A DNA stretch of 64,000 nt from Candidatus Bathyarchaeia archaeon (GCA_050015395.1 JBEKBM010000004.1:32001-96000); one strand, 5' to 3'. Counted from the stretch's first letter, positions 30,232 to 39,930 are shown. Notes: a model not told the origin generated them from the letters alone. Program-made: numbers and translations.

Positions 30232-30498
30232 ATGGGAAACGTGAAGGAAATTGACGTCAAAATAGACTCAGAAGGCAGAATGTGCCTTCCGCCAGCCATA
30301 AGAAGACAACTTGGGAAGCATCCCACCCTAAAGAAAACCGAAGAAGGCTACCTACTAATCTCCAGCAAGCAAAACGACTTTTTAGAGGAATTTCGGAAGT
30401 TAATCACTTCTAAGCATCGCAGAACAGGCAAGCCCACACTTGCATCTCCCGAAGAAATGAAATCCATCTGGGACCCAACCAAAAGACAATCAGGTTGA
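30232..30498 (+). CDS. AbrB/MazE-family DNA-binding protein (orphan antitoxin)
   Basis: VKIDSEGRMCLPPAIRRQL; TATA upstream of ATG 30232; no PIN gene follows. Confidence 0.7.
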   Translation: MGNVKEIDVKIDSEGRMCLPPAIRRQLGKHPTLKKTEEGYLLISSKQNDFLEEFRKLITSKHRRTGKPTLASPEEMKSIWDPTKRQSG

Positions 30499-30523
30499 AA
30501 AACACAAAAAAGTGGTAAACGTT

Positions 30524-31357
30524 TTAGAGTTTTTTAGTCGCCTCGTAGATTCCAAATCCCAGAGCAACCACAATGGCAAGAAACGCTAAGAAATTCGTAG
30601 TGCTACTAAGCGATTCCCAAAAGTTAGCATGAGCGGCAAAGGATTGAACTAACAAAACACCTAAGATTACAAAGAAACTGAAAAGATTCGACAACACGAA
30701 CCTAACGGGTCTTCGAGATAAAACTAAACCTACTTTCTTAGATTGCCCGTTCATCTGGATTTTGTCGAAACGCTCTAAGACGTTGTTCTTTTCACTGATT
30801 GCTTCTAATTTTAGAGGTCTCTGAATTTCTCCAAACATATCAGCTAACCCATTTACAACCGCGAGCATTTGAAAAGTCTCTTTAGGATTCTCTATTCTGG
30901 GCAATATTCGTTCTTTCAAATTCATTCTGAGCTTACTTATAGGGTTAGTAAGTTCTGCTTTAACTAAACCCGAATTGACATCTTTTAGCTGTTTTTCAAA
31001 GCGAGCTAAATTAATAAGAACATATTCCAATTTTTTTGAGGCTTTTTCTAAACAGAGTTTAGACTTGCTGTCTTCGCTTGAACATAAGTCAAGTTGTTGT
31101 GAAGCTTGGTAAAGGTTTGAAAAAATATAAGTTTCAAGAGTTTCACTTCCCCACGGTTGCTTCATTTCATAAAGGAACGCAATGAGCATTCCAACAAGTA
31201 AAATAATTGCCCAATAAAAGTAAAATTGCATGCCAATAAATACGAGAACGGATTGAACAACAAATCCGATAATGACAAATAATGTGAGGAAATAGAGAAA
31301 TTTCATTCTTTGTTTCTTTCTTTCTTCATAACGCTTGTATGCCTTTTCCATGTTCAT
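30524..31357 (-). CDS. Hypothetical membrane protein (2 N-terminal TM, helical domain, 2 C-terminal TM)
   Basis: Hydropathy pattern; AT-rich DNA. Confidence 0.7.
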   Translation of the reverse strand: MNMEKAYKRYEERKKQRMKFLYFLTLFVIIGFVVQSVLVFIGMQFYFYWAIILLVGMLIAFLYEMKQPWGSETLETYIFSNLYQASQQLDLCSSEDSKSKLCLEKASKKLEYVLINLARFEKQLKDVNSGLVKAELTNPISKLRMNLKERILPRIENPKETFQMLAVVNGLADMFGEIQRPLKLEAISEKNNVLERFDKIQMNGQSKKVGLVLSRRPVRFVLSNLFSFFVILGVLLVQSFAAHANFWESLSSTTNFLAFLAIVVALGFGIYEATKKL

Positions 31358-31378
31358 GCTATTCTACGCTAATTAGTT

Positions 31379-32536
31379 TTAAGTTTTTGCATCGCTTGCT
31401 TTACCATCGATTTTTTTGCAACGTAGAACACGCCCTTGATACGCTTCTCTCCGACATTTTATTAATAATACAATGCCTTTTTTCTCATAATGAATAGCGT
31501 CATGAAGAGCTTTTTGTAAATCAACAATTGAACCCAACCATTTAGTATTGAATCCTGAGATAGGTCTCTTTTCTAGATGGTTTACTTCAATCGCTACAAT
31601 GTCAGCCTTTTGGTCGAAACCTCTTTTGATATGCGCTGAAATGTCTTCAATAATCGAATTCTCTTCAGGGAGAATTAACATGCCGTTATTCATGTCAGCT
31701 TGCTTTCTAGGATTAACAAATTTAAGTTTAGGTTTTTTCACTTCGACCCTTTTGTTTTCTATAAGTAAATCAGGGGATTTTGAAATTATCACTTTGAATC
31801 CTTTGTTTTTCGCAAATAAGGCAAGTCTACTTTCGGCAGATAAGTTGGCAAGCTCCTGTCTTATTTTTCTGATTCGTAAAAAAGCTGTCTTTGTTACTCT
31901 ACTACTAGTGTGAAATTTCTCATTTTTAATTAATTTTTGATAAGCTTCCATGTTTCCCTTTATTTTTTCATCCTTAATTTCTAACAATTTAGATTTTACA
32001 TCAACGTTCAATGAATCAAGTGTATGTAAATCAGTAATGAGTGAAAGGATGTTAACCAAATGCGATTCTCTAAAGTCAGTGGTGAAAGGATTCCAGTTAT
32101 ACTTTAGAAAATCCCATGCAGTTTCAGCTTCTATCGTCAGCCAGTAGTCATCGTTTGATTCTGTCTTGGCATTGAACCAATTCCAAGCCTCTATAATTTT
32201 TTCAGGTGTGTTTGCAAAATAGTAATCTGCATCATAATAGAAACCGCCTAATCCAATTAGGTTACCGATTCTTTTTAGTCCTGCATCCCCAAAATCAATA
32301 TCAAAATTGCCAGTCTTTGTGTCAAATACAATCATTTCAGGTAAGTAGCATGCACAGTAGATTTTACCATTGTCTAACTTTTGTTCCCACGGTTGTGCCT
32401 CACTAAACTTTTTGATATTTTTTATTGTCATCTCATTCATGGTTGGCAAAACAGATTCATAACATACTTCACAAAAACCATCCAACGCCTCAAAAGTTTC
32501 TGAGGGAATTATTTTTTTGCATATTTTACACTCCAT
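31379..32536 (-). CDS. Hypothetical protein with N-terminal Zn ribbon and C-terminal PD-(D/E)xK nuclease-like motif
   Basis: CKIC..x16..CEVC; E(SRLA)...SPDLLIENKRVEVK; AT-rich DNA. Confidence 0.6.
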   Translation of the reverse strand: MECKICKKIIPSETFEALDGFCEVCYESVLPTMNEMTIKNIKKFSEAQPWEQKLDNGKIYCACYLPEMIVFDTKTGNFDIDFGDAGLKRIGNLIGLGGFYYDADYYFANTPEKIIEAWNWFNAKTESNDDYWLTIEAETAWDFLKYNWNPFTTDFRESHLVNILSLITDLHTLDSLNVDVKSKLLEIKDEKIKGNMEAYQKLIKNEKFHTSSRVTKTAFLRIRKIRQELANLSAESRLALFAKNKGFKVIISKSPDLLIENKRVEVKKPKLKFVNPRKQADMNNGMLILPEENSIIEDISAHIKRGFDQKADIVAIEVNHLEKRPISGFNTKWLGSIVDLQKALHDAIHYEKKGIVLLIKCRREAYQGRVLRCKKIDGKASDAKT

Positions 32537-32697
32537 GTGCTTTCCCTTGAGAGATCAATATTAATTGTTTTGTTTTTAAGTTATGGCTCTTTCGCTTTTT
32601 TGCTTATATTTTTTACTTTCGCTTAAGCCTCTACTGTGCTGAAATGTCGTTAGGGCACTTATTTATATGGACACCATACGCTAATGTTTTAAGCCCT

Positions 32698-32874
32698 ATG
32701 CAAAAGGTTAACTTAGCGCGCCCTTGTGATGCTTGCGGAAAAATGATTGGCACCAGCTTCAAGTTTTGCCCTAGATGCCAAATTTACTTTTGCAGTGTAT
32801 GCTGGTTTAGGATGTTGCAGGTTAATGTTGAGTTTTCTTGTCCTATGTGCGGCGGCAAACTTCTAATTCCCTAA
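32698..32874 (+). CDS. 58-aa eight-cysteine zinc finger (C4C4 RING-like)
   Basis: CDAC-x10-CPRC-x4-CSVCW-x11-CPMC; TATA (TTTATAT) about 30 nt upstream of ATG 32698. Confidence 0.7.
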   Translation: MQKVNLARPCDACGKMIGTSFKFCPRCQIYFCSVCWFRMLQVNVEFSCPMCGGKLLIP

Positions 32875-32898
32875 TTCTTCTTCCGACGGGGCTGTGGC

Positions 32899-33699
32899 TT
32901 AGGGTTTGTGTGCTTCTGCTTCTATGCGCATCATGCCTACGTGAACTGTGCCCTCTGCATCTGCGGGGTGCTCTTTTAGGTAGCGGTTGACGATTAGTTC
33001 AACGAATTTTGGTCTAAGTTCAGCAGGAAGTTTGTCTGTGAAGGGCAGCCATGTGGTCCGTACCCACCCAGCTAAGCCTTCTGCGCCGTTAAACTTCATG
33101 TCTTTGGGGAAAAGCTCAACCCGCTCAGCCTCTAAACCCGCCTGCTGCAGGAACGCTTTGTATTCTTCGGGGTCGTAGAAGCCATAGGGAAACGTCATGT
33201 TGCTGAAAAAGCCCTTCCACGACTCCTCATCCGCCAACTCGTTTATGATGCTGAGTACGTCTTTGGCGTTGCCTTTTCCAGCCATCTGAAACAGTAGCCT
33301 GCCCCTTGGCTTTAGGCTCCTCTGCACGCCCGCGAGCACGGTTTTTTGATCAACAATCCAGTGCAGCGCAGCATTAGAAAACGCCACGTCAAATTCCGAT
33401 TTGAAGGTCAGTTTTCGGGCGTCCATGACTTGAAAAGAAAGGTTCGGGTAATCCTTTTGCGGGAAAGTGGTTTTTGCCAGGTTTATCATTTTTTCTGAGT
33501 TGTCAACTCCGACTGCCCTGCCGCTTGGTAGGCATTTTGCTATTTCAACTGTGATTTTTCCGTCGCCGCAGCCAATGTCCAGTAGCGCTTCGTTTCCGTG
33601 GAGTTTTAGTTTGGGAATTAGCTCTTTTGCCCATTGAAACTGGTTTGCGCTGTTTTTGGCGTAGTCTTGAGCGTTCCAGTTATAACCAGCGTTTGCCAT
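32899..33699 (-). CDS. SAM-dependent methyltransferase (trans-aconitate MTase-like)
   Basis: WNAQDY, LDIGCGDG, FSNAALHW. Confidence 0.88.
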   Translation of the reverse strand: MANAGYNWNAQDYAKNSANQFQWAKELIPKLKLHGNEALLDIGCGDGKITVEIAKCLPSGRAVGVDNSEKMINLAKTTFPQKDYPNLSFQVMDARKLTFKSEFDVAFSNAALHWIVDQKTVLAGVQRSLKPRGRLLFQMAGKGNAKDVLSIINELADEESWKGFFSNMTFPYGFYDPEEYKAFLQQAGLEAERVELFPKDMKFNGAEGLAGWVRTTWLPFTDKLPAELRPKFVELIVNRYLKEHPADAEGTVHVGMMRIEAEAHKP

Positions 33700-33711
33700 G
33701 TTTCCACAGGC

Positions 33712-34263
33712 TTATTTGAATGTTAGTTGTGAGACGGAGTAGTAGACGATTTCGCCTCTGCGGTTCATGACGGCTAAGGTTAACTCTTTCTTTTGGCTCT
33801 GACATTGCCGCAAGGCGTCGGTTAACTCGTCTATGCCCAACGGTTTGCCTTCTTGAGTGCTCAACACCAAGTAAGGCGCGGTATCCTTGCCGTATTCACC
33901 CCGCTCGTACATGCGAAAATCTATTCCTGCGCCGAACCCTTCCCGTGCTACGTATCCGCGGCTTCTTAGGTCACGGTAAACCAGATAGCTAACCCACGCG
34001 TTCTCGTTTTTGGCTTTATAGCAGTGCAGTAGGCTTTGGAAATCCACCGCTTTGCCGTTTTCGTCTTTGACTTCAAGCATGCCCTTATCCACAAGGTACA
34101 ATGATTCAAAAAAGGTAAGCGTGAAAACCTTGTCCTCTAACGTGCCATATCCCCGTGAAGTAAGCGCGTCAATGCTGCTTTGGTCACCTACCACAACCCC
34201 TTTCTGTGCAAGTGTGCCGTTGGTTCTGAATTCTGGAGGCTGCGCCTTTTTGGATTCGCTCAT
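33712..34263 (-). CDS. endA: tRNA-intron endonuclease subunit, probably the structural beta subunit
   Basis: FESLYL, YLVYRDLRSRGY, DFRMY, EIVYY; the GxKxG Lys and catalytic His appear substituted. Confidence 0.85.
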   Translation of the reverse strand: MSESKKAQPPEFRTNGTLAQKGVVVGDQSSIDALTSRGYGTLEDKVFTLTFFESLYLVDKGMLEVKDENGKAVDFQSLLHCYKAKNENAWVSYLVYRDLRSRGYVAREGFGAGIDFRMYERGEYGKDTAPYLVLSTQEGKPLGIDELTDALRQCQSQKKELTLAVMNRRGEIVYYSVSQLTFK

Positions 34264-35306
34264 TTTGCTCTTTTTCCTTCATCCCTGAACTTACTAAAAT
34301 CCTTACTGTAGTAAACTTGAGTCTCGCATATGATTGCTGACACATATTTCAGTGGCGTGATGTCGAATGCTGGGTTCATAACGTTGACGCCGTCTGGCGC
34401 AATTTGAACTGAACCGATGTGGGTGACTTCTTCAGGTTTGCGCTCTTCAATAATCACGTCTGATGCTTTGTGTGCCAAGTCGAAGGTGGATTTTGGCGCC
34501 GCCACATAAAACGGTATGCCATGCTCATGCGCCAGCACTGCCACGGAAAAAGTGCCAATCTTGTTAACTACAGCGTCTTGGACAATGCGGTCGGCGCCCA
34601 CAATAACCTTGTCAACAAGCCCTTTGCTCATGACGTAACCTGCCATGTTATCCGTTATCAAAGTAACAGGTATCCCATCGCGCTTAAGCTCATAAACCGT
34701 AAGCCTAGCACCCTGAAGCAGCGGCCTAGTTTCGTCAGCGATAACTTTGATTTTTTTGCCTTGCTCCCAAGCCGCACGGATAACACCCAAAGCAGTACCG
34801 TACTCGACGGTTGCTAACTCGCCTGCGTTGCAATGCGTTAAAATGGTGTCGCCGTCCTCTATGAGTACTGAACCGTTTTTGCCGATTGCACGGTTCTGCT
34901 GCGCATCTTCATCCGCTATTTCTTGTGCTTCCTCGATAACTGCTACTTTCAGTTCTTCCACGTTTCCTGAAAAACCTCTGGCTTTGTTTAGGACTCTGTC
35001 TACACCCCAAAACAGGTTCACGGCTGTTGGCCGCTGACGTTTAATAATTGAGCCAGCGTTCTCCAGTTCAACCAACAATTTTTCTTTACTCTGCGCTTTT
35101 GAATGGTAAGCTGCCAGTGCAACTCCGAATCCTGCAGCCGCACCCAGCAATGGGGCGCCTCTGACACGCAGGGTTTTTATGGCTTCAGCCATCTGCTCAA
35201 CCGTCTTAATTTCTAAGGTAACTTCTTGAAGGGGAAGTTTGGTTTGGTCAAGTGTGATAACCGTTCCGTTGCGCCACTGTATCATCCGCATTTTCATGTG
35301 CCTCAA
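34260..35306 (-). CDS. mtnA: S-methyl-5-thioribose-1-phosphate isomerase (eIF2B-like family)
   Basis: LDQTKLP, VRGAP, RPTAVNL, THCNAG.LAT, ETRPLLQGARLT, NPAFD. Confidence 0.92.
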   Translation of the reverse strand: MRHMKMRMIQWRNGTVITLDQTKLPLQEVTLEIKTVEQMAEAIKTLRVRGAPLLGAAAGFGVALAAYHSKAQSKEKLLVELENAGSIIKRQRPTAVNLFWGVDRVLNKARGFSGNVEELKVAVIEEAQEIADEDAQQNRAIGKNGSVLIEDGDTILTHCNAGELATVEYGTALGVIRAAWEQGKKIKVIADETRPLLQGARLTVYELKRDGIPVTLITDNMAGYVMSKGLVDKVIVGADRIVQDAVVNKIGTFSVAVLAHEHGIPFYVAAPKSTFDLAHKASDVIIEERKPEEVTHIGSVQIAPDGVNVMNPAFDITPLKYVSAIICETQVYYSKDFSKFRDEGKRAK

Positions 35307-35515
35307 ACTGGTTGTATACTGCTTAGTTGAGAACGGTTCTGTTTAAGATTTCGGAAAAAAAAAATTAGTTAAACCCAGCCTTTATTGCCAAAGTGACGTA
35401 TAACCATGAACTTGAGTGACTAGTACCAACATATATGCGTGACAGCACAGAACAGTCAAAAACAAACCCTATTCAACAAAAACAACTTGAAACACACGCT
35501 GAGGACACCAAAAAA

Positions 35516-35905
35516 TCAATATTTAATCCGCTGTATTAAGTCGAATAGGTTGCCGTAAAGGTCTTCAAAAACAACTTCAATGCCCCAAGCTTGCTCTGTT
35601 GGTTCCCCATGAAATTTTACTCCTTTAGCCTTCATTGCATTGTAGTCTCTGCGGCAATCATCAGTCTCCAAAGTTAGAAACACGTGGTCTCCCGCCTGCT
35701 TCCCCAAAGCTTTAAGCTTGTCTTCTGTGTCTGCCTTGACAAAGGTTAATTCAAGGTCCGGCTGGTCTTTTGGCGAAACAGTAACCCACCGCATGTCGCC
35801 CCAAAAAACGGTGTCCTCCCGCTTTTGGAATCCTAGTTTTTGAACGTAAAAATTTGCTGCTTCATCTTGGTCTTTGACGAGAAGGGTGATGTGGTCTATC
35901 TTCAT
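35516..35905 (-). CDS. VOC/glyoxalase family protein
   Basis: HITLLVKDQDEA..FY, WGIEVVFEDLYGN. Confidence 0.9.
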   Translation of the reverse strand: MKIDHITLLVKDQDEAANFYVQKLGFQKREDTVFWGDMRWVTVSPKDQPDLELTFVKADTEDKLKALGKQAGDHVFLTLETDDCRRDYNAMKAKGVKFHGEPTEQAWGIEVVFEDLYGNLFDLIQRIKY

Positions 35906-35965
35906 TTTGCTTTCTACAAAATAAATTGGGAAACGGAAAAGAAAAATGTTATCCTAAGCTTGAGC

Positions 35966-36742
35966 TTAGGCAGAGTTGTCAAAGGGCGATTTTAGGTGGG
36001 TAACAACTTCCACTGGGGAGTCTTCGCCTGATTTTAGGCGTTTCTTCCATTCCTCTCCGACGGCGATAAGCGAGAAGATGCCTGAAACTTCAGCTTTCGA
36101 CTTCTTTACAAGGGTTACGAGTGCTTCTTGTGTTTCGCCGCTTTTAATCATGTCATCTACAATTAGTACGCTGTCGCGTTTTTTGATTGCTTCTTTAGGA
36201 ATGTAGAGTGTAACGGTTACGCCTGAATCTCTCCCTAAAATGTATGTTTCGTCTAGGAAGGCTTTAACGCCGACTTCCTTGTTGCGCTTTGCAACGATAA
36301 GGTTTACTCCTAACGCGTTGGCAACCATGGTGGCTAAGGGAATGCCGTCAACGGCTGCTGTTAAAACTTTTGTAACTCGTTTTCCAGCAAAATTTGCAAG
36401 TGCATGGTTTGCCGCTTGCTGCAAAATGTTGTAGTCGCCGACAATTTCAGTATTATCAAAATAGCCGGCTTCGTCAAATTTTATTCTGCTGCGCAATTCT
36501 GCTTCTAAACCAACAATCTTGTTTAGAACTCGCCAAAGCTGCTTGGCTCTTAATGTGTTTGGCAGCACGTGCCCTTTTGCGTAGCGGCTCAGTACGGTGA
36601 CTGGTAAATCGGTTTTTGCGGCTAATTCCCGGTAAGTGATATTCCGCTTGTATTTCGCTGTTCTTAACAGTTCGATTGTCATTAAGCGGAGTTTCAAATC
36701 TTCTGCGTGAGTGCTCAATTTTACCTTATCCCCTTTTTTCAC
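35966..36742 (-). CDS. HTH-phosphoribosyltransferase fusion (PurR/APRT-like)
   Basis: N-terminal TYRELA..TDLPVTVLSRY HTH; PRPP motif VLIVDDMIKSGET. Confidence 0.85.
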   Translation of the reverse strand: MKKGDKVKLSTHAEDLKLRLMTIELLRTAKYKRNITYRELAAKTDLPVTVLSRYAKGHVLPNTLRAKQLWRVLNKIVGLEAELRSRIKFDEAGYFDNTEIVGDYNILQQAANHALANFAGKRVTKVLTAAVDGIPLATMVANALGVNLIVAKRNKEVGVKAFLDETYILGRDSGVTVTLYIPKEAIKKRDSVLIVDDMIKSGETQEALVTLVKKSKAEVSGIFSLIAVGEEWKKRLKSGEDSPVEVVTHLKSPFDNSA

Positions 36743-36915
36743 ACTTATAAGTCAAATATAAGATGTTTATTTAATATTGTATCTTGCAGATTTATGCTTT
36801 TCTGTTTAAATAAATCAATGTCCAAGCATTAAAGTCTTAACAATCTGACTCAACGATACTGTTGTACATTAAACTTTTTAGACAGCAACGCGAACTCCTA
36901 TATCAAAGGGGGCAT

Positions 36916-37461
36916 ATGACGCAGAAGACTAAACGATTATTCATTACTGCACTCTTCGGCTCAATAATCTTTGTCGTCAACGTTTTTTTGCCGCCCCCAA
37001 TAAATTACCTCTTAATTGTGGTTCAAGCGGTTCTTCTTGCTTTGAGCGGATTATTCATTAAAGCAGGCGCCTCCTACGTAGGAGCAGTTGGGGGCCTATT
37101 AACCGCGCTGGGAAGTCCCGCGTTGGGTCCATTTACCTTTTTGTTTTCCTTTCTCTTCGGCGTTTTAGTCGATAGCTTCTTGTTTATTTTCAGAATCACA
37201 GCTTCCCCCGAACGCGTAAACCGCAACAGGCTAATGGCTGCGATGGCTTTCAGCACAATGCTGATTGGCTTAATTAGCTATTCAGCGTTTGCTCTTTTTC
37301 CACACTTTATTCCCTTTGCGAAAGAGTGGGCTGGCTTATTTATTCAAAGAAGCACCATGCTAGATGCGCTTGTATTATTCATGGGTCCAGCTACCGGCAT
37401 AGTGGCTGGTTATGCTGCAGCCTATTTGTGGAATAAGTACTTGCGAAACATCCGCATCTAA
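36916..37461 (+). CDS. Membrane protein, ECF transporter S-component-like
   Basis: 5-6 TM helices, no soluble domain. Confidence 0.55.
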   Translation: MTQKTKRLFITALFGSIIFVVNVFLPPPINYLLIVVQAVLLALSGLFIKAGASYVGAVGGLLTALGSPALGPFTFLFSFLFGVLVDSFLFIFRITASPERVNRNRLMAAMAFSTMLIGLISYSAFALFPHFIPFAKEWAGLFIQRSTMLDALVLFMGPATGIVAGYAAAYLWNKYLRNIRI

Positions 37462-37727
37462 AGCAGTAACTGTTTGATTTTTTCATCAACCAATTTAGCA
37501 ATCATCAGATTGGAAACAAAAACGCATTTGACACCGGTTAATTCAGCGAGTTCAGCCGGCTTTTGATCCTGTGTTACAAGAATCAAGTTGTTTTTACCCG
37601 CGTATTCCACGATGTCACGGTCTTTAGCGCTCTTTAAACCCGCTTCCTGAGCGGTTAAAACTTCGTAACCTAAAGCTTCAAAGTACTCTTTTAAACCAGC
37701 ATACATTTCATCTAACAGAATCTTCAT
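37458..37727 (-). CDS. DUF5615/Mut7-C-like PIN protein
   Basis: KILLDEM, GYEV, DRDIVEYA, ILVTQD. Confidence 0.8.
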   Translation of the reverse strand: MKILLDEMYAGLKEYFEALGYEVLTAQEAGLKSAKDRDIVEYAGKNNLILVTQDQKPAELAELTGVKCVFVSNLMIAKLVDEKIKQLLL

Positions 37728-38074
37728 TTGGGTTCGCTAATCTACTTTTGCAGTTAAATTATTTGAGCTTTTACCTTTAGGCTTAAATTTAATCTATGAG
37801 GAGTAATGCGAACGATTCGGGATTCTTTGCAAACGGAAAACTGACCTGGATTCCAGCGTTACTTGCGGTTTTTCTTAATTTTTCAGCGCCTGTTTGAGAT
37901 GACATTTATTTCTCACTAACCTTTTTGCGGGAGGGTTTCTTTTGATATAAACATTTAGCGGAACCGTTGAGAAACCTTGTTAAAAAGCGTCAGCAGTTAA
38001 GCAGTTAATTGAATAGTTGGCGTTTTTATAGACTAGCAAGCACAAGGGTAATATAGAGATTCATTAAATCATCT

Positions 38075-39250
38075 TTGACTGAAGGTGCCGTTGTCGTTAA
38101 AAGCAAGATCAGCAGCATCGGATACGTCAACAAAATCCAAGAAAACATTTTAAACATCAAACGAAAGGAACTCTCACCGTTATTTAATGAACTGAAAGCG
38201 GCTGACTGCGTAATCTGCGGAGGATCAGGCAGGTCACTCTACTCGTTGAATGCTGCCTTGAGCCAAATTGCACTCAGCCAAGAGGGCTGGAGAAACAAGG
38301 TTGTTTTAACTCCTGATGATCCGGGTTTTCCAGGCAAAAGCATGTATGATGCAGCAGCTGACCTTTCAAGGCGTTACAAGAAAACCTTGCTTTTGATAAA
38401 TTCTGGCAGCGGTTATTCTGATGATCCGTTAGTTATGGCTCAAGAATTAGCCAAGTACATTGAAGAAAAGAAATCAAACAGGTTTTCAATGGGTCTTTTA
38501 ACGTCCACTGTTGAGTCGCCTTTGGGGGAAATAGTTGGTAAGTATGGTCACGTGGTTGAGCTTAAGGGACGTGGCAAATCCAAGCCAGGCACTGAGTACA
38601 GCGAAACAGGCATGATGGGCGACATATTCGAGTTAGGCACACTTGAACTGTTAAACAGCATGATTGAAGCTGTCTTTCGGAACCTTGAGGTTGATGATGT
38701 CTTTCAGCTTTGCACTGAAGAATTTGAAAAAATCGGCGATATGATAGACTCCAACGTTAACTCTGAAACCTACACGCAACTCGTCGATATACTTGAAAAA
38801 CGAACAAACGTGTTCCTGGGCGGAAAAGGCACCGCAAACGAAATCGCCAAAATGACAGGCGTAAGACTCTTCCACATCAAAAGCTTCCTAGGCGACAACG
38901 TCTACATAACAAGAGGCGTTAACACTCCGCATCCAAGAGCAGGCGACCTCGAAATCCTACTATCATACTCAGGCGAAACAAGACCCGTCATCATCTGGGC
39001 TGACGTAATCAAAAAGTTCGCTGGAACCGTATTTGCAATAACAAGCTCACCAGAATCAACCCTAGCAAAGAAAGCAGACCTAAAAATCATCCTGCCAGAA
39101 GAAGCCAAGCCAATGACGCCAAGACGCTTCTACACTCGAGCAGCCTACGTTTTAAGCCCAATTCCAGTTAAGCTAGCTGAAAGGCTTGGCCAAAGAGGAC
39201 TGAATCTTCCTGAATACATAATCAGCTGGTATCACTCCGTAACACAATAA
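38075..39250 (+). CDS. Tandem SIS-domain protein (6-phospho-3-hexuloisomerase-like)
   Basis: GGSGRS and NSGSG in the first half; SYSGET and AITSSPESTLAKKAD in the second; MGDIFE motif. Confidence 0.75.
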   Translation: MTEGAVVVKSKISSIGYVNKIQENILNIKRKELSPLFNELKAADCVICGGSGRSLYSLNAALSQIALSQEGWRNKVVLTPDDPGFPGKSMYDAAADLSRRYKKTLLLINSGSGYSDDPLVMAQELAKYIEEKKSNRFSMGLLTSTVESPLGEIVGKYGHVVELKGRGKSKPGTEYSETGMMGDIFELGTLELLNSMIEAVFRNLEVDDVFQLCTEEFEKIGDMIDSNVNSETYTQLVDILEKRTNVFLGGKGTANEIAKMTGVRLFHIKSFLGDNVYITRGVNTPHPRAGDLEILLSYSGETRPVIIWADVIKKFAGTVFAITSSPESTLAKKADLKIILPEEAKPMTPRRFYTRAAYVLSPIPVKLAERLGQRGLNLPEYIISWYHSVTQ

Positions 39251-39256
39251 AACTGC

Positions 39257-39445
39257 ATACAAAGGCTTCATAGGCTAAATTCCAGAACTTTATCAGTAAA
39301 ACTAGCCAAACTATCGGAAAATGGGGTAATCCACAAGACAGTGGAGAACGTCTCTCCACCATGACACATTATTCGCTGATCGAAAAAGGCATAGACCTAG
39401 TCATTGCATTCAAAGCCATGGTTGATTGGGAACTTAAAGTGGTGC
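39257..39445 (+). pseudogene. Frameshifted HxlR-family winged-helix fragment
   Basis: NSRTLSVKLAKLSENGVIHKTVENVSPP/(shift)/THYSLIEKGIDLVIAFKAMVDW. Confidence 0.7.
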
Positions 39446-39624
39446 CATCACCGAAAGGAAAATTGATCGCGATTACAACGGCAATGATATCTTCAGAAAA
39501 CGCAAATAGCTCTTATCTCCCAGATGACTGAGGTTTAGCGAAATTGATGTTAAATGAAGTTTGGCTCTATTTTCTTAAAAGAAGGCGCTGCAATCAGCGG
39601 TTGTTAAAAACGTAATTGCTATTT

Positions 39625-39813
39625 TTATGGTACAGGTCCTGTGGGGTAACGTCCCATCGCATCGAGTATTTCTTCGCTGATTGTCCTTTTTCCCACATTT
39701 CGAACAAAATCTGAAGCAACCACAATTTCAACCAGCTTATTCTGCTTCAAAACGGGCAGTCGCCTTATCCTATTACTGGACATCAGCCTCGCTGCCTCTT
39801 TAAGGGAGACACT
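39625..39813 (-). pseudogene. C-terminal remnant of a CBS-domain protein
   Basis: SLKEAARLMSSNRIRRLPVLKQNKLVEIVVASDF; the N-terminus is replaced by unrelated GC-rich DNA. Confidence 0.75.
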
Positions 39814-39930
39814 CTGAAGGGGGAACAAGGTGGAGGTCATCAAGGGGGGTCGCAGAGCTGACAGGGCCGAACAAGGTCGCCGTGAAGACCGAGGCGGGGA
39901 CAGAGGAGATCCAGGCCAAAAACGTGGTGG
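39814..39930 (+). pseudogene. GC-rich fragment of dihydrolipoamide dehydrogenase (LpdA-like)
   Basis: Removing one G from each of two G-runs gives LKGNKVEVIKGVAELTGPNKVAVKTEAGTEEIQAKNVV. Confidence 0.6.

Noticed and set aside
31358-31372. TTCTACGCTA shared with about 44161-44170, upstream of two AT-rich ORFs, as a cassette attachment site
   Set aside because: 10-bp match at different distances from the starts; compatible with chance.
37796-37854. Possible C/D box sRNA (ATGAGGA...CTGA)
   Set aside because: No convincing C'/D' boxes or recognisable rRNA/tRNA guide.
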